Shown: positions 8,101 to 14,904 of the stretch, in pieces
How the letters are laid out: every line of letters starts with the position of its first letter
How positions within the stretch are numbered: the first letter of the stretch is position 1
The notes under the pieces: generated by a model
The model's input: the letters and a program-made list of their open reading frames with translations, nothing else
Databases searched by the model: none
Told to the model about the DNA's origin: nothing
NCBI GenBank assembly: GCA_041441465.1
Contig: JASDSY010000032.1
Location: 72-64,071, forward strand
Source: Candidatus Wallbacteria bacterium
Lineage (GTDB): Bacteria > Muiribacteriota > UBA9980
Direction of reading: 5' to 3'
DNA length: 64,000 bases
Position numbers and translations under genes: made by a program

Positions 8101-10411
8101 AGTGCAATATACCATGATGAATTATACGCCGATGAAATCGTTTGAGCATTCGGCACAGGTGCCTAAAGATGACAGGGCGTCTATTGAAAAGGAATTCAAA
8201 AAAACCGCCGGCACCTGCAATTGCCTTGTCGCGACGCCTACGCTTGAACTCGGAGTGGATATTGGAAAGCTTGAAATGGTGCTCATGCGAAATGTCCCGC
8301 CGGCGACTCCAAATTATACGCAGCGTTCGGGCCGTGCCGGGCGTAAACATAGAATAGCTACGGTTTTTACTTACGTTCGTAACGTTTCGCACGATAATTA
8401 TTTTTATAATAATCCGCCTGAAATGATAACCGGCACGGTACGAATACCGGCTTTTTCAATGCGCAATAAGCCGCTGATTACAAAGCACATCAGGTCTGCC
8501 GTAATGACCTGGCTGCGGCTGCGGCGTGATGAAAAAATCGATGAAATATTAAATATGACTTTTCCTTTGTATATTAAGAATTATATTTCATATATCGATG
8601 AGGAACGCAATTGCGTCGTTTTTAAAGAAAAAATCGAGGGTACGGATAAATTCAAAAAGTTAATATCTGATTACTTTGATAAATTGGTTGAATACGCGGC
8701 CAATACATTTTTAAAAAGCTGGCCGGAGGAAGATGCAAAAGAAATCAATATTGAATTTGTCCGCGATGTCATAAAACAAATGGGCGAAAGCCTCGAAAAT
8801 CACATAAAAGATTTGCATCTTGAAATCAGGACTTATAAGATTTTATTAAATGAGTTGAAAAATCTTGATCACTTAAATAGCGCCGAATCTAAAAAGCGCT
8901 TTTCGTTAGAGCACGCCCGTAATTCATACTTAAACGAGAATCAGGAAAATTATACGCTCTCATATTTGACTAAAGATGGCTTTTTTCCAGGCTATGCAAT
9001 GGGGCGTACAAGCGTTTCGGCACAGTGCGCTGAGCCGTTCATTGAAATTACAAGGCCGAGCGCTGTCGCAATAAGAGAGTTGACGCCGGCTAATAGTTTG
9101 TACGCTAACCGTGAGATTTTTAAAGTTAAGCAGTTTAATTTTTATAAACTGCGAGAGAAATCACCGGACTTTAAAGTTGAATCGCTTCGTAAAAATATGG
9201 TTCTAAATACTAATAATAACTCGATAATGGAGCATGACAGCATTACTATGGCCGGCGGCAAAAATAATTACATCGATTTTGGCTCATTCGAAATGATCGA
9301 TGTTACTCTTGAACAGGTCAATAAAATAGATGATATCAAAGAATCGCGAAAGCGTGTCGGCTTCAGGATTAGCGGCATTTTACAGTCTGATCATAAAGGC
9401 GGCGAAGAATATTGCATCAACACGCTTACAATTACGAAACTGCGTAACTGTAAAGTAAGGCTTATAAATCTTGGTACGACTGTAAGCAGCCGTATTGGCT
9501 TTCCTATATGTCCGGTGTGCGGCGCGGTGCGTAATCCTGGCTCATCTGAGGCTGAGCTTGAAAGTTTTATTAACGCTCACACTTCAAATAAATGCAACGT
9601 CAAAAACCCTGAAGAATTATGGTCGGCGCTGCATTCTGATATTGCGTCAGATGTATTGTCAATTGGCGAGTTTGATGATGAGGCCGACGCGGTTAATTTT
9701 ATGGAAGCGTTGGAACTTGGCGCCTATGAAGAGCTTGATATGCACGAAGGCGATATTGACGGAGTGATAGAATATAAGCCGAATAATAAATTCAGGATTA
9801 TTTTTTATGACCCGATGCCGGGCGGCAGTGGATTTTTGGAACAATTCCTTGAAAATTACAAAAAAATCGCGGCAGCGGCAGATAAAATTTTGAGTTCATG
9901 CGATTGCGATGAGGCTTGTTATAAATGCCTGCTGCATTTCAGAAATCAACAGCATCATAAAATATTAAACAGAGCTAAATCTATCGAGATAATAAAAAGA
10001 TTTATTGCCGCGCCGAAATTTAAAAATATCATTCCGGCAAGTATCGGTGAACAGCCTGAACATTCAGGCGGCGATAGCGGCGCTGAAGATAAATTTATAA
10101 AGCTTCTTCATGATCATAAGTTTCCAATACCGCATAATTCACAGTTAAAGATTGATCTTGGTAATTTATCATATACAGTCGCAGATTATGCCTATCAAAC
10201 AGATTTAAAACCGGTGCTGATTTATGTTGACGGTTTATCGAATAAGCTTCATGGCAATCCGGAAATAAAGCAGCGCGACGGCAAGATACGGTCAAAAGCT
10301 AAAATGCTTGGCTATAAAGTAATAGAAGTGCCGGCGCAGGCATTGGATGACGATGAATATTTTTCAATGATTTTACAGGAAATTGCGGATTCGATTAAAT
10401 TTAAGATATGA
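5180..10411 (+). CDS. Giant SF2 DEAD/DEAH helicase fused to a DUF1998/MZB zinc module and a C-terminal DUF559/Vsr-like endonuclease domain (DrmA+DrmB / DruE-like)
   Basis: 1743 aa; RBS gaggg 7 nt upstream. Helicase motifs: I STGTGSGKTE (nt 5501-5530), Ia VYPMNALVNDQ, Ib LLTNYSQLE, II LDEVH (nt ~5954-5965), III GTSAT, IV LLIFADSRQDA (nt ~7144), V VATPTLELGVDIG, VI QRSGRAGR (nt 8321-8344). DUF1998-type module: GFPICPVCG (nt ~9509), FYDPMPGGSGFLEQ, CDCDEACYKCLLH (nt 9899-9937). C-terminal nuclease-like block (nt ~10085-10408): EDKFIKLL...TVADYAY...VLIYVDG...LHG...QRDGKIRSKAKMLGYKVIEV. Confidence 0.85.
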   Translation: MSLNPVKFGKDVIDQFGRYLRNSFPIADENIAAQFNEKLRYSSDSLIAKGPYIYLNKPFIEGKSLSDLINEIGLHRNIKDIFKFPSMHSHQEKAARLVIKDKKNIIISTGTGSGKTESFLLPVVDYCLKAIDNNENKGLMAVIVYPMNALVNDQLERLRPLLAGTGITFARYTGETPQNETGVERLEQKRGYTEKELSDFYDNKADLPIPYEECYSRDEIVKKRPNILLTNYSQLEYLLLRDKDLDIFTGKSLKYLVLDEVHTYTGELGSEMACLLRRIKSLMRENITCIGTSATVAGDGSGAEVIKKFAAGLFGEKKESFEVIEEEYKESISKKHKSYISKIPATPELLLIQILDEVKSLYLQAEIDEITPELLRLGEKLTGSPAASAGGKNIDKLGELLVKSDYINLIEDFFSKPSLPSEVFPALKNTECRKLSADNELEAELLSYLILGAVGRFENEPVIRPKLHYFIRGAGGAKCTVNNENELKLFFDNSYDKEKYAFSFKVCRDCGQHFFDVVTEADPLNEDGIGVYQILRNRKDGEQILGDEKSWYITNKLNELDENSESGIPVYLCSSCGAVHLKKTEVCMKPKCRKRGAIVKMALFEGDIKYCPSCSTSIMRGSYNMISEIRSVEVSDVMIIGQSMLSAMPEKELQKLLIFADSRQDAAFQAAWMNMRSKRFNMRYLNYTAIKNFKSEFDNAISFDKMVSLLTDEAFNAGIYKDSGFNKEAVNKKIKWFLIDEYVSTRQKSNLERIGLVSVVYYGLNENYEGDAFIKEWAQKLRVTEEKVINTITLMLNYLRKRGAVNDELARRLWSYTDSEVRDGIIPLIDEYRPGAFVLEKNEALKDKGYVKGLISSNGRSGVEVIYKKSFPGSLASREFLENLWEYLKDKNIICESRLIVKKYGKFEELIKKSSKKLYQINKDVIGFKSAQKIYRCCTCREIFNVMPENMKCMNYNCKGSVVESALDTENYDIVQYTMMNYTPMKSFEHSAQVPKDDRASIEKEFKKTAGTCNCLVATPTLELGVDIGKLEMVLMRNVPPATPNYTQRSGRAGRKHRIATVFTYVRNVSHDNYFYNNPPEMITGTVRIPAFSMRNKPLITKHIRSAVMTWLRLRRDEKIDEILNMTFPLYIKNYISYIDEERNCVVFKEKIEGTDKFKKLISDYFDKLVEYAANTFLKSWPEEDAKEINIEFVRDVIKQMGESLENHIKDLHLEIRTYKILLNELKNLDHLNSAESKKRFSLEHARNSYLNENQENYTLSYLTKDGFFPGYAMGRTSVSAQCAEPFIEITRPSAVAIRELTPANSLYANREIFKVKQFNFYKLREKSPDFKVESLRKNMVLNTNNNSIMEHDSITMAGGKNNYIDFGSFEMIDVTLEQVNKIDDIKESRKRVGFRISGILQSDHKGGEEYCINTLTITKLRNCKVRLINLGTTVSSRIGFPICPVCGAVRNPGSSEAELESFINAHTSNKCNVKNPEELWSALHSDIASDVLSIGEFDDEADAVNFMEALELGAYEELDMHEGDIDGVIEYKPNNKFRIIFYDPMPGGSGFLEQFLENYKKIAAAADKILSSCDCDEACYKCLLHFRNQQHHKILNRAKSIEIIKRFIAAPKFKNIIPASIGEQPEHSGGDSGAEDKFIKLLHDHKFPIPHNSQLKIDLGNLSYTVADYAYQTDLKPVLIYVDGLSNKLHGNPEIKQRDGKIRSKAKMLGYKVIEVPAQALDDDEYFSMILQEIADSIKFKI

Positions 10412-10498
10412 TAATTAATTAGATTTTGCGGCTTAATCAAGTTTTTCTTTTCATTTCATTAATTCATTAATTTTTTTATTGATATATTATGGCGTGAT

Positions 10499-10549
10499 GG
10501 GGGACACAAAGGGTTGAGAACCCTTTGATTTCCCCCATTCCCCCTTTTT
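10499..10549 (+). terminator. Candidate intrinsic terminator downstream of the helicase gene
   Basis: GGGGGA-ca-CAAAGGGTT-gag-AACCCTTTG-att-TCCCCC nested hairpin (10499-10536). A second CCCCC run (10540-10544) is directly followed by TTTTT (10545-10549). Confidence 0.45.
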
Positions 10550-10613
10550 AATCCCGGTTATTTCTACCGTTGTTTCGACGGTTCTGTCGTTTGCATTTGT
10601 GGTTTTGGTTTTA

Positions 10614-10656
10614 ATTTCCGCAAAGCGCGGCCGCCGGCCGCTTACTTTGCGGAAAT
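10614..10656. other. GC-rich long hairpin in non-coding gap
   Basis: ATTTCCGCAAAG (10614-10625) is perfectly complementary to CTTTGCGGAAAT (10645-10656). The inner GCGGCCG-c-CGGCCGC segment is also self-complementary. Confidence 0.6.
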
Positions 10657-10800
10657 ACAGCAATCGGCCGCGCGAGTTTATAATATGACTATATACTAAC
10701 GTTTGCGGCCGAAGGTGAAGAGTTATGATACCGTAAGCTATAGGTTTAAATGGTGAATAATGCAGTAAAACAAAGCTTTGAATAAAATATAAGAGCAATT

Positions 10801-10875
10801 GGAGGGTCGCTCACCTCCCTCATAGGGTCTATGCCTTGCGGCATACATCCAGATGGCTGGAGCGCATTTCCATCT
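10801..10875. other. Three consecutive short stem-loops (possible small structured RNA)
   Basis: GGAGG/CCTCC (10801-10818), TATGCC-ttgc-GGCATA (10830-10845), AGATGG/CCATCT (10851-10875). Strand and function unknown. Confidence 0.35.
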
Positions 10876-11042
10876 TTCAATCACTCTCAATTATAATTAT
10901 AATCTATTTGCTTTTAATATGTCAATTTAAAGTTAAAATGTTCGATTTTTCAAAAATTATTATATAGACAGTTCATGAAATTTTGTTCCTCCGGCAGGCG
11001 GAGCCTGCATATAAGGGCTTCAAAGTATTTAGTAACTTCATT

Positions 11043-11078
11043 TCGCGAAATTTTATGCGCGAGCATAAGATTTCGCGA
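11043..11078. other. Long hairpin
   Basis: TCGCGAAAT-t-TTATGC-gcga-GCATAA-g-ATTTCGCGA: two stacked stems (9 bp and 6 bp). Confidence 0.5.
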
Positions 11079-11205
11079 TTGCTGAATTTGTGCAAAGCAA
11101 ACAGTTTAGACTAAAAATAAAAAAGCACTATTGATGTTCATGAAATTTTTAATGTATTAATCAAAATAATACTATAAAAAACTTTTTACGAGTGAACGTT
11201 TCCGC

Positions 11206-11270
11206 AGGTGCACTTGTGGTCGAAGGTCAGGCCCGGCGCCGAGGACCAAGTGAACGAGAAAAAAGTTTTT
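11206..11270. repeat. Copy A of a ~65-nt hairpin-containing direct repeat
   Basis: aggtgCACTTGtgGTCgaaggtcaggcccggcgccgagGACCAAGTGaacgagaaaaaagttttt; aligns with copy B at 11359-11421 with about 7 differences. Confidence 0.7.
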
Positions 11271-11358
11271 TTATTCCTTAGCCGCCCCCTTATCGTAAAG
11301 TAACATAATTATAAAGCTGTGCAAAGTTTTTTTCAAAAACTGATACTGTCTAATCCAA

Positions 11359-11421
11359 AGGTGTACTTGTGGTCGAAGGTCAGGCCCGACACCGAGGACC
11401 AAGTAAACAAAAAAAAGTTTT
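11359..11421. repeat. Copy B of the ~65-nt hairpin-containing direct repeat
   Basis: aggtgTACTTGtgGTCgaaggtcaggcccgacaccgagGACCAAGTAaacaaaaaaaagtttt; ends immediately next to the stop codon (11424-11426) of the minus-strand membrane gene. Confidence 0.7.
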
Positions 11422-11423
11422 AT

Positions 11424-13265
11424 TTATTGGCATTCGACAAAAACTCTTTTTTCTTCAGGAGAACTTTTTTCATTAAATATTACTTCGTATTTCTTTGCGC
11501 CGGTGTTTCCGGAGAGCCAGTTATCTGACGTTTCTATTATTTTTATATCGTAATAATCATTTTTGTAAATTGTGCCGGATTCAAGTTTTATAGGCTCGCC
11601 GCATGCCATTTCGTCGAACAGGCTTGCGTAGTAAGGCCTGAATGCCGGCGCTTCGAATGAAATCTTACCGTCGGTTAATTTTACTGATGATTCGGGGCGT
11701 TTCAGTTCGCCCCAGCTGCTCAATACAAACGGCTTGAATTTGTCTTTTTCAGGATGTTTTAATTTGAAATCAAGGATTGCCGGGATAATGACGCACGGCG
11801 TTTCGTGTAAGTAAAGATGGCAGTGTTCGCCTGTTTTTTTGTAATAACTGCCGTTAATGTATTCGTCGTATTTGACGTTTATTTTGTTTGCGATTTGATC
11901 GGAATAATTCGTACAGTATTGAAAAAATATGAAGGTAAATGTCGATGCCGCTAAAAATGCAAGTAAATAAATGATTATATATGTTTTCTTGAAGCTGATT
12001 TTAATGGATTCGAGTTTTAGGAAGAACCAAGCCGCGAGGCCGGTTATGAAAAATGACGGCATGTAGTAGTAATGCGGCGTCGGTATGAGCATGATGGTTG
12101 GAAGCTGTGTAATGACGGAACCGGAAATAAGGAGTATAAATAAGGAATCGAATTTATCCCGATTATTTTTATAAATTACGAGCGTCAGATAGCTTAGCAG
12201 CAGGGAGAGAATCACGATGGCGAGATTGTAAGCTGCTTTATAAAAAAACAGTTTGATTGGCGGCGAGGGCAGGAAAAATAAAATTGTGACAAATGAAAAT
12301 AATAATTTTTGAAAGGCATAATAGAAAAATAAAAGCCATGATGTGAAGGAGCTGTCCGGCGAAAACACGTAAAATTTGAAATTAGGCAGAGAAAAATCGC
12401 CGAAACATTTTAATCTTAAGATCGAGTAAGCGAAAAAAATAATTAAATAGAAGAGAAAGTATAAGGCTGATATTTTGAAAATATTGAAATTATTTTGATG
12501 GCTAGTTGTGTCGGAGTTATATAATTTATAAAATGTGATTATGAAAATAACAGCTGGTATGATAGCGGCAGTTTCTTTTGACAGCAATGCCGCAAAAAAG
12601 AATAAAAGTGAAAAAAGTAAATAAATTAAGGATTGTGAATTTATGTTTGAATTTTTCATGGCGGCTGCGGGTGTGGCAGTATTGGAAGGTGATTGCATTA
12701 AATTCCGGTTTATTAATAGATTAATATGTTTAGAATAAAGGCACAGGGCGCAGAGCGCGAAAAAGCAGAACAGCAGGTCGGTGCGGGATGAAATCCAGAA
12801 AATGGTAAAAACGTTGGCATGGCTTAATGCGAATAAGATTGCGGCAAGCAGCGCGAATTTTTTGTTATGTGTAATGAGGAGCCATAGAAGATAAAGCAGA
12901 GCGGTGTTGAATGAGGCTAAAAGAATATTTTGAACATGATAAAAATTGTAGTAATTATCCGCGAAAATATAGTCTAATTTGAAGGAAGCGATAACGGCAG
13001 GCCGGAAAAATCTCGCCTCTGCGTTAAGCGCCGCCGGAACGAAGCCGTTATGAAATGGCGCGAATCCGTGTTTAAATGAATTGGCGAGTGAATTGAAGTT
13101 CCATTCGGCATTTTTGGCGTTATAGATATTGGCGTAGTCATCGAGGAATATTCCGGAGAAAAATGAAGGCAGATAACAGAGTAATGCGGCGAAAAACAGC
13201 AAAATCGCCGTTTGACGAGCGCGTGTCTGGCTGATTTTATTGAAAATTGAAATTATTTTAAGCAT
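11424..13265 (-). CDS. Polytopic membrane protein, GT-C fold (family 39/TMTC-like) glycosyltransferase candidate
   Basis: 613 aa with more than 10 hydrophobic segments. The N-terminal FFSGIFLDDYANIYN resembles the F-x-DD motif of PMT/TMTC-type GT-C enzymes. Soluble C-terminal ~170 aa. Confidence 0.5.
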   Translation of the reverse strand: MLKIISIFNKISQTRARQTAILLFFAALLCYLPSFFSGIFLDDYANIYNAKNAEWNFNSLANSFKHGFAPFHNGFVPAALNAEARFFRPAVIASFKLDYIFADNYYNFYHVQNILLASFNTALLYLLWLLITHNKKFALLAAILFALSHANVFTIFWISSRTDLLFCFFALCALCLYSKHINLLINRNLMQSPSNTATPAAAMKNSNINSQSLIYLLFSLLFFFAALLSKETAAIIPAVIFIITFYKLYNSDTTSHQNNFNIFKISALYFLFYLIIFFAYSILRLKCFGDFSLPNFKFYVFSPDSSFTSWLLFFYYAFQKLLFSFVTILFFLPSPPIKLFFYKAAYNLAIVILSLLLSYLTLVIYKNNRDKFDSLFILLISGSVITQLPTIMLIPTPHYYYMPSFFITGLAAWFFLKLESIKISFKKTYIIIYLLAFLAASTFTFIFFQYCTNYSDQIANKINVKYDEYINGSYYKKTGEHCHLYLHETPCVIIPAILDFKLKHPEKDKFKPFVLSSWGELKRPESSVKLTDGKISFEAPAFRPYYASLFDEMACGEPIKLESGTIYKNDYYDIKIIETSDNWLSGNTGAKKYEVIFNEKSSPEEKRVFVECQ

Positions 13266-13322
13266 AAATTAAAAAATCACCATTGTTATTAATAAATCGA
13301 AAAAATATCCGATAAAAAAAAT

Positions 13323-13658
13323 ATGAAATTGGAAATAATGGAATTCATAAAAAGAAAAAATTCGATGTTAATGGTTATGATGCTGGCGGTTTCGCTTTTA
13401 TCGCTGGCGGCCGGCTGTTCGAATAATAATGATTCTGGAGGCACGCAGAATTATCTTTTTTATAACCGCTACGGCGCGCCCGAAGTTGTTAATTACATTG
13501 AAAAATATGGAAATGATTATGAAAAAACGCAATTTGTGGATTCAGGCAAATCGTACGGAAAAATGACCTGGCACTCAAAAGGTGTTGCTGTCACTTATCT
13601 TTATGACACCGGGCAGGTGGTTAAGGAAGAAACGTTTAACCCTGATTCGAGCAAGTAA
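13323..13658 (+). CDS. Small lipoprotein, unknown function
   Basis: Signal peptide plus lipobox LSLAAGC-S; 111 aa. Confidence 0.5.
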   Translation: MKLEIMEFIKRKNSMLMVMMLAVSLLSLAAGCSNNNDSGGTQNYLFYNRYGAPEVVNYIEKYGNDYEKTQFVDSGKSYGKMTWHSKGVAVTYLYDTGQVVKEETFNPDSSK

Positions 13659-13902
13659 TATAAAAACTAAAATAATCCTGTCATGTTCTAAAAATTGTTC
13701 AGTAAAACTAATATCATTACAAGCGGTAAATGTTATTTGTTTTTATCGAAAAAACTAATTTTAAAATCAAATCGCTTTAAATAATACATACAATCGAGTA
13801 CTAAGATTACTCAATCAAATAAATGTTTAGATATTTTATTCAAGCTGACTGAAAAAACGCATTTAGGTTTATTAATAGCCAGCTTGAAATTTCTAGCTTT
13901 TC

Positions 13903-14658
13903 TTAATTTTTCATAACAAGTCCGGACGGCTGATGCGTGGTTTGACAGAGTATGAGGATATTTTTGCTGGTATTCAAAACCTTATGCCATATATCCTTAG
14001 CGGCTAAAACTACGGTACCGGGCTTTAATTTTATTACTTTTTCATGTCCGTCGTCCAGATAAAATTCTCCCGAGCCCTGAATTACGACAAATATTTGATC
14101 GCCGGTCGGGTGTTTGTGATAATCGAGCGCCTGGCCGGGCAGGAAATAATAAGTATCAAAATTTACGTCGTCAGTTTTTATATGTGTTACTCTTTTAGGA
14201 GCTTCAGCAGCGGTTTCCAGCGCGTCAAAAATGTCGGCGTGTATAATTTCTTCGCGCTTGTTGGATTTTTCGAATACGACGAATTTTTCGCGTGCCGCTT
14301 TGCATACCGGGCAACGTTCGGGCGGTCCGTCGCCTTCGTGGATGTATCCGCAAACAAGGCATTTCCATTGTCTTATTATTGCGTTTTTGCCGTTATTAGC
14401 AGCCTGTTCTATGATTTTCTCGAAACTTGTATCCGGCGCCATGCAGACAGGACATTTGTCCGGCGGTTCGATACCTTCGTGAACATATCCGCAAACCTTG
14501 CATTTCCAGCGCGCGACAGTTTTATTTTCTGACGGCGCTTTAGTTTCGCTCGTAATGATTACGAATTTTTCGGCCGGCGCCATACATACCGGGCATTTAT
14601 CAGGCGGTTCAGGTCCTTCGTGGACATAACCGCATATCGCGCAACGCCATTTTTTCAT
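13903..14658 (-). CDS. Triple rubredoxin - cupin fusion protein
   Basis: The ORF track start (14742) is rejected in favour of the ATG at 14658, which is preceded by AAGGAG 8 nt upstream. Three tandem rubredoxin units: WRCAICGYVHEG..PPDKCPVCMAP, WKCKVCGYVHEG..PPDKCPVCMAP, WKCLVCGYIHEG..PPERCPVCKAA. Then a cupin: DYHKHPTGDQIFVVIQGSG ... KPGTVVLAAKDIWHKVLN. Confidence 0.8.
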   Translation of the reverse strand: MKKWRCAICGYVHEGPEPPDKCPVCMAPAEKFVIITSETKAPSENKTVARWKCKVCGYVHEGIEPPDKCPVCMAPDTSFEKIIEQAANNGKNAIIRQWKCLVCGYIHEGDGPPERCPVCKAAREKFVVFEKSNKREEIIHADIFDALETAAEAPKRVTHIKTDDVNFDTYYFLPGQALDYHKHPTGDQIFVVIQGSGEFYLDDGHEKVIKLKPGTVVLAAKDIWHKVLNTSKNILILCQTTHQPSGLVMKN

Positions 14659-14785
14659 GTTATCATACTCCTTTTTAATCGGCAAATTAAATAAATGACT
14701 GTTTAAAATATCATAATTTATAATGAATGTCAATAATTTCAAAAAGTTATGCCCGGGTTTAATTTTGAGGCGGCATGTAATTTTA

Positions 14786-14814
14786 TTGACAAAAAAATAA
14801 AGTTCTGATAAAAT
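14786..14814 (+). promoter_or_regulatory. Sigma70-type promoter upstream of dapA
   Basis: TTGACA (14786-14791), 17-nt spacer, TAAAAT (14809-14814). Confidence 0.45.
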
Positions 14815-14904
14815 TTAAAAAAATAAAATTAAGTGTTATATATTAGTTGTGACAAAAAAGTATGCGCTCGATGTAGAAAATTAATAAAAGCGAAGGGGCA
14901 AGCT

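Noticed and set aside
10487-10798. 103-aa minus-strand ORF in the non-coding gap after the helicase gene
   Set aside because: There is no RBS and the composition is low-complexity and biased (runs of T/P/G codons generated by the GC-rich hairpins). It overlaps several strong stem-loops and shows no recognisable motif. I treat it as non-coding.
11206-11270. Possible SRP (4.5S) RNA, because of the GGTCAGGCCCGG string
   Set aside because: The conserved SRP domain IV features are not reproduced: there is no GNAR tetraloop closed by a UCC/GGA-type stem and no AGCA asymmetric loop. The element is also tandemly duplicated, which is not expected for ffs.
13903-14742. Long version of the rubredoxin-cupin ORF (279 aa, start at 14742)
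   Set aside because: The first 28 codons are AT-rich and lack an RBS. The internal ATG at 14658 has AAGGAG at ideal spacing, and the protein then begins exactly at the first rubredoxin unit.
14743-14904. Lysine (L-box) riboswitch upstream of dapA
   Set aside because: The spacer is only ~160 nt, very AT-rich, and mostly occupied by a sigma70-type promoter. I could not find the multi-helix conserved L-box core.
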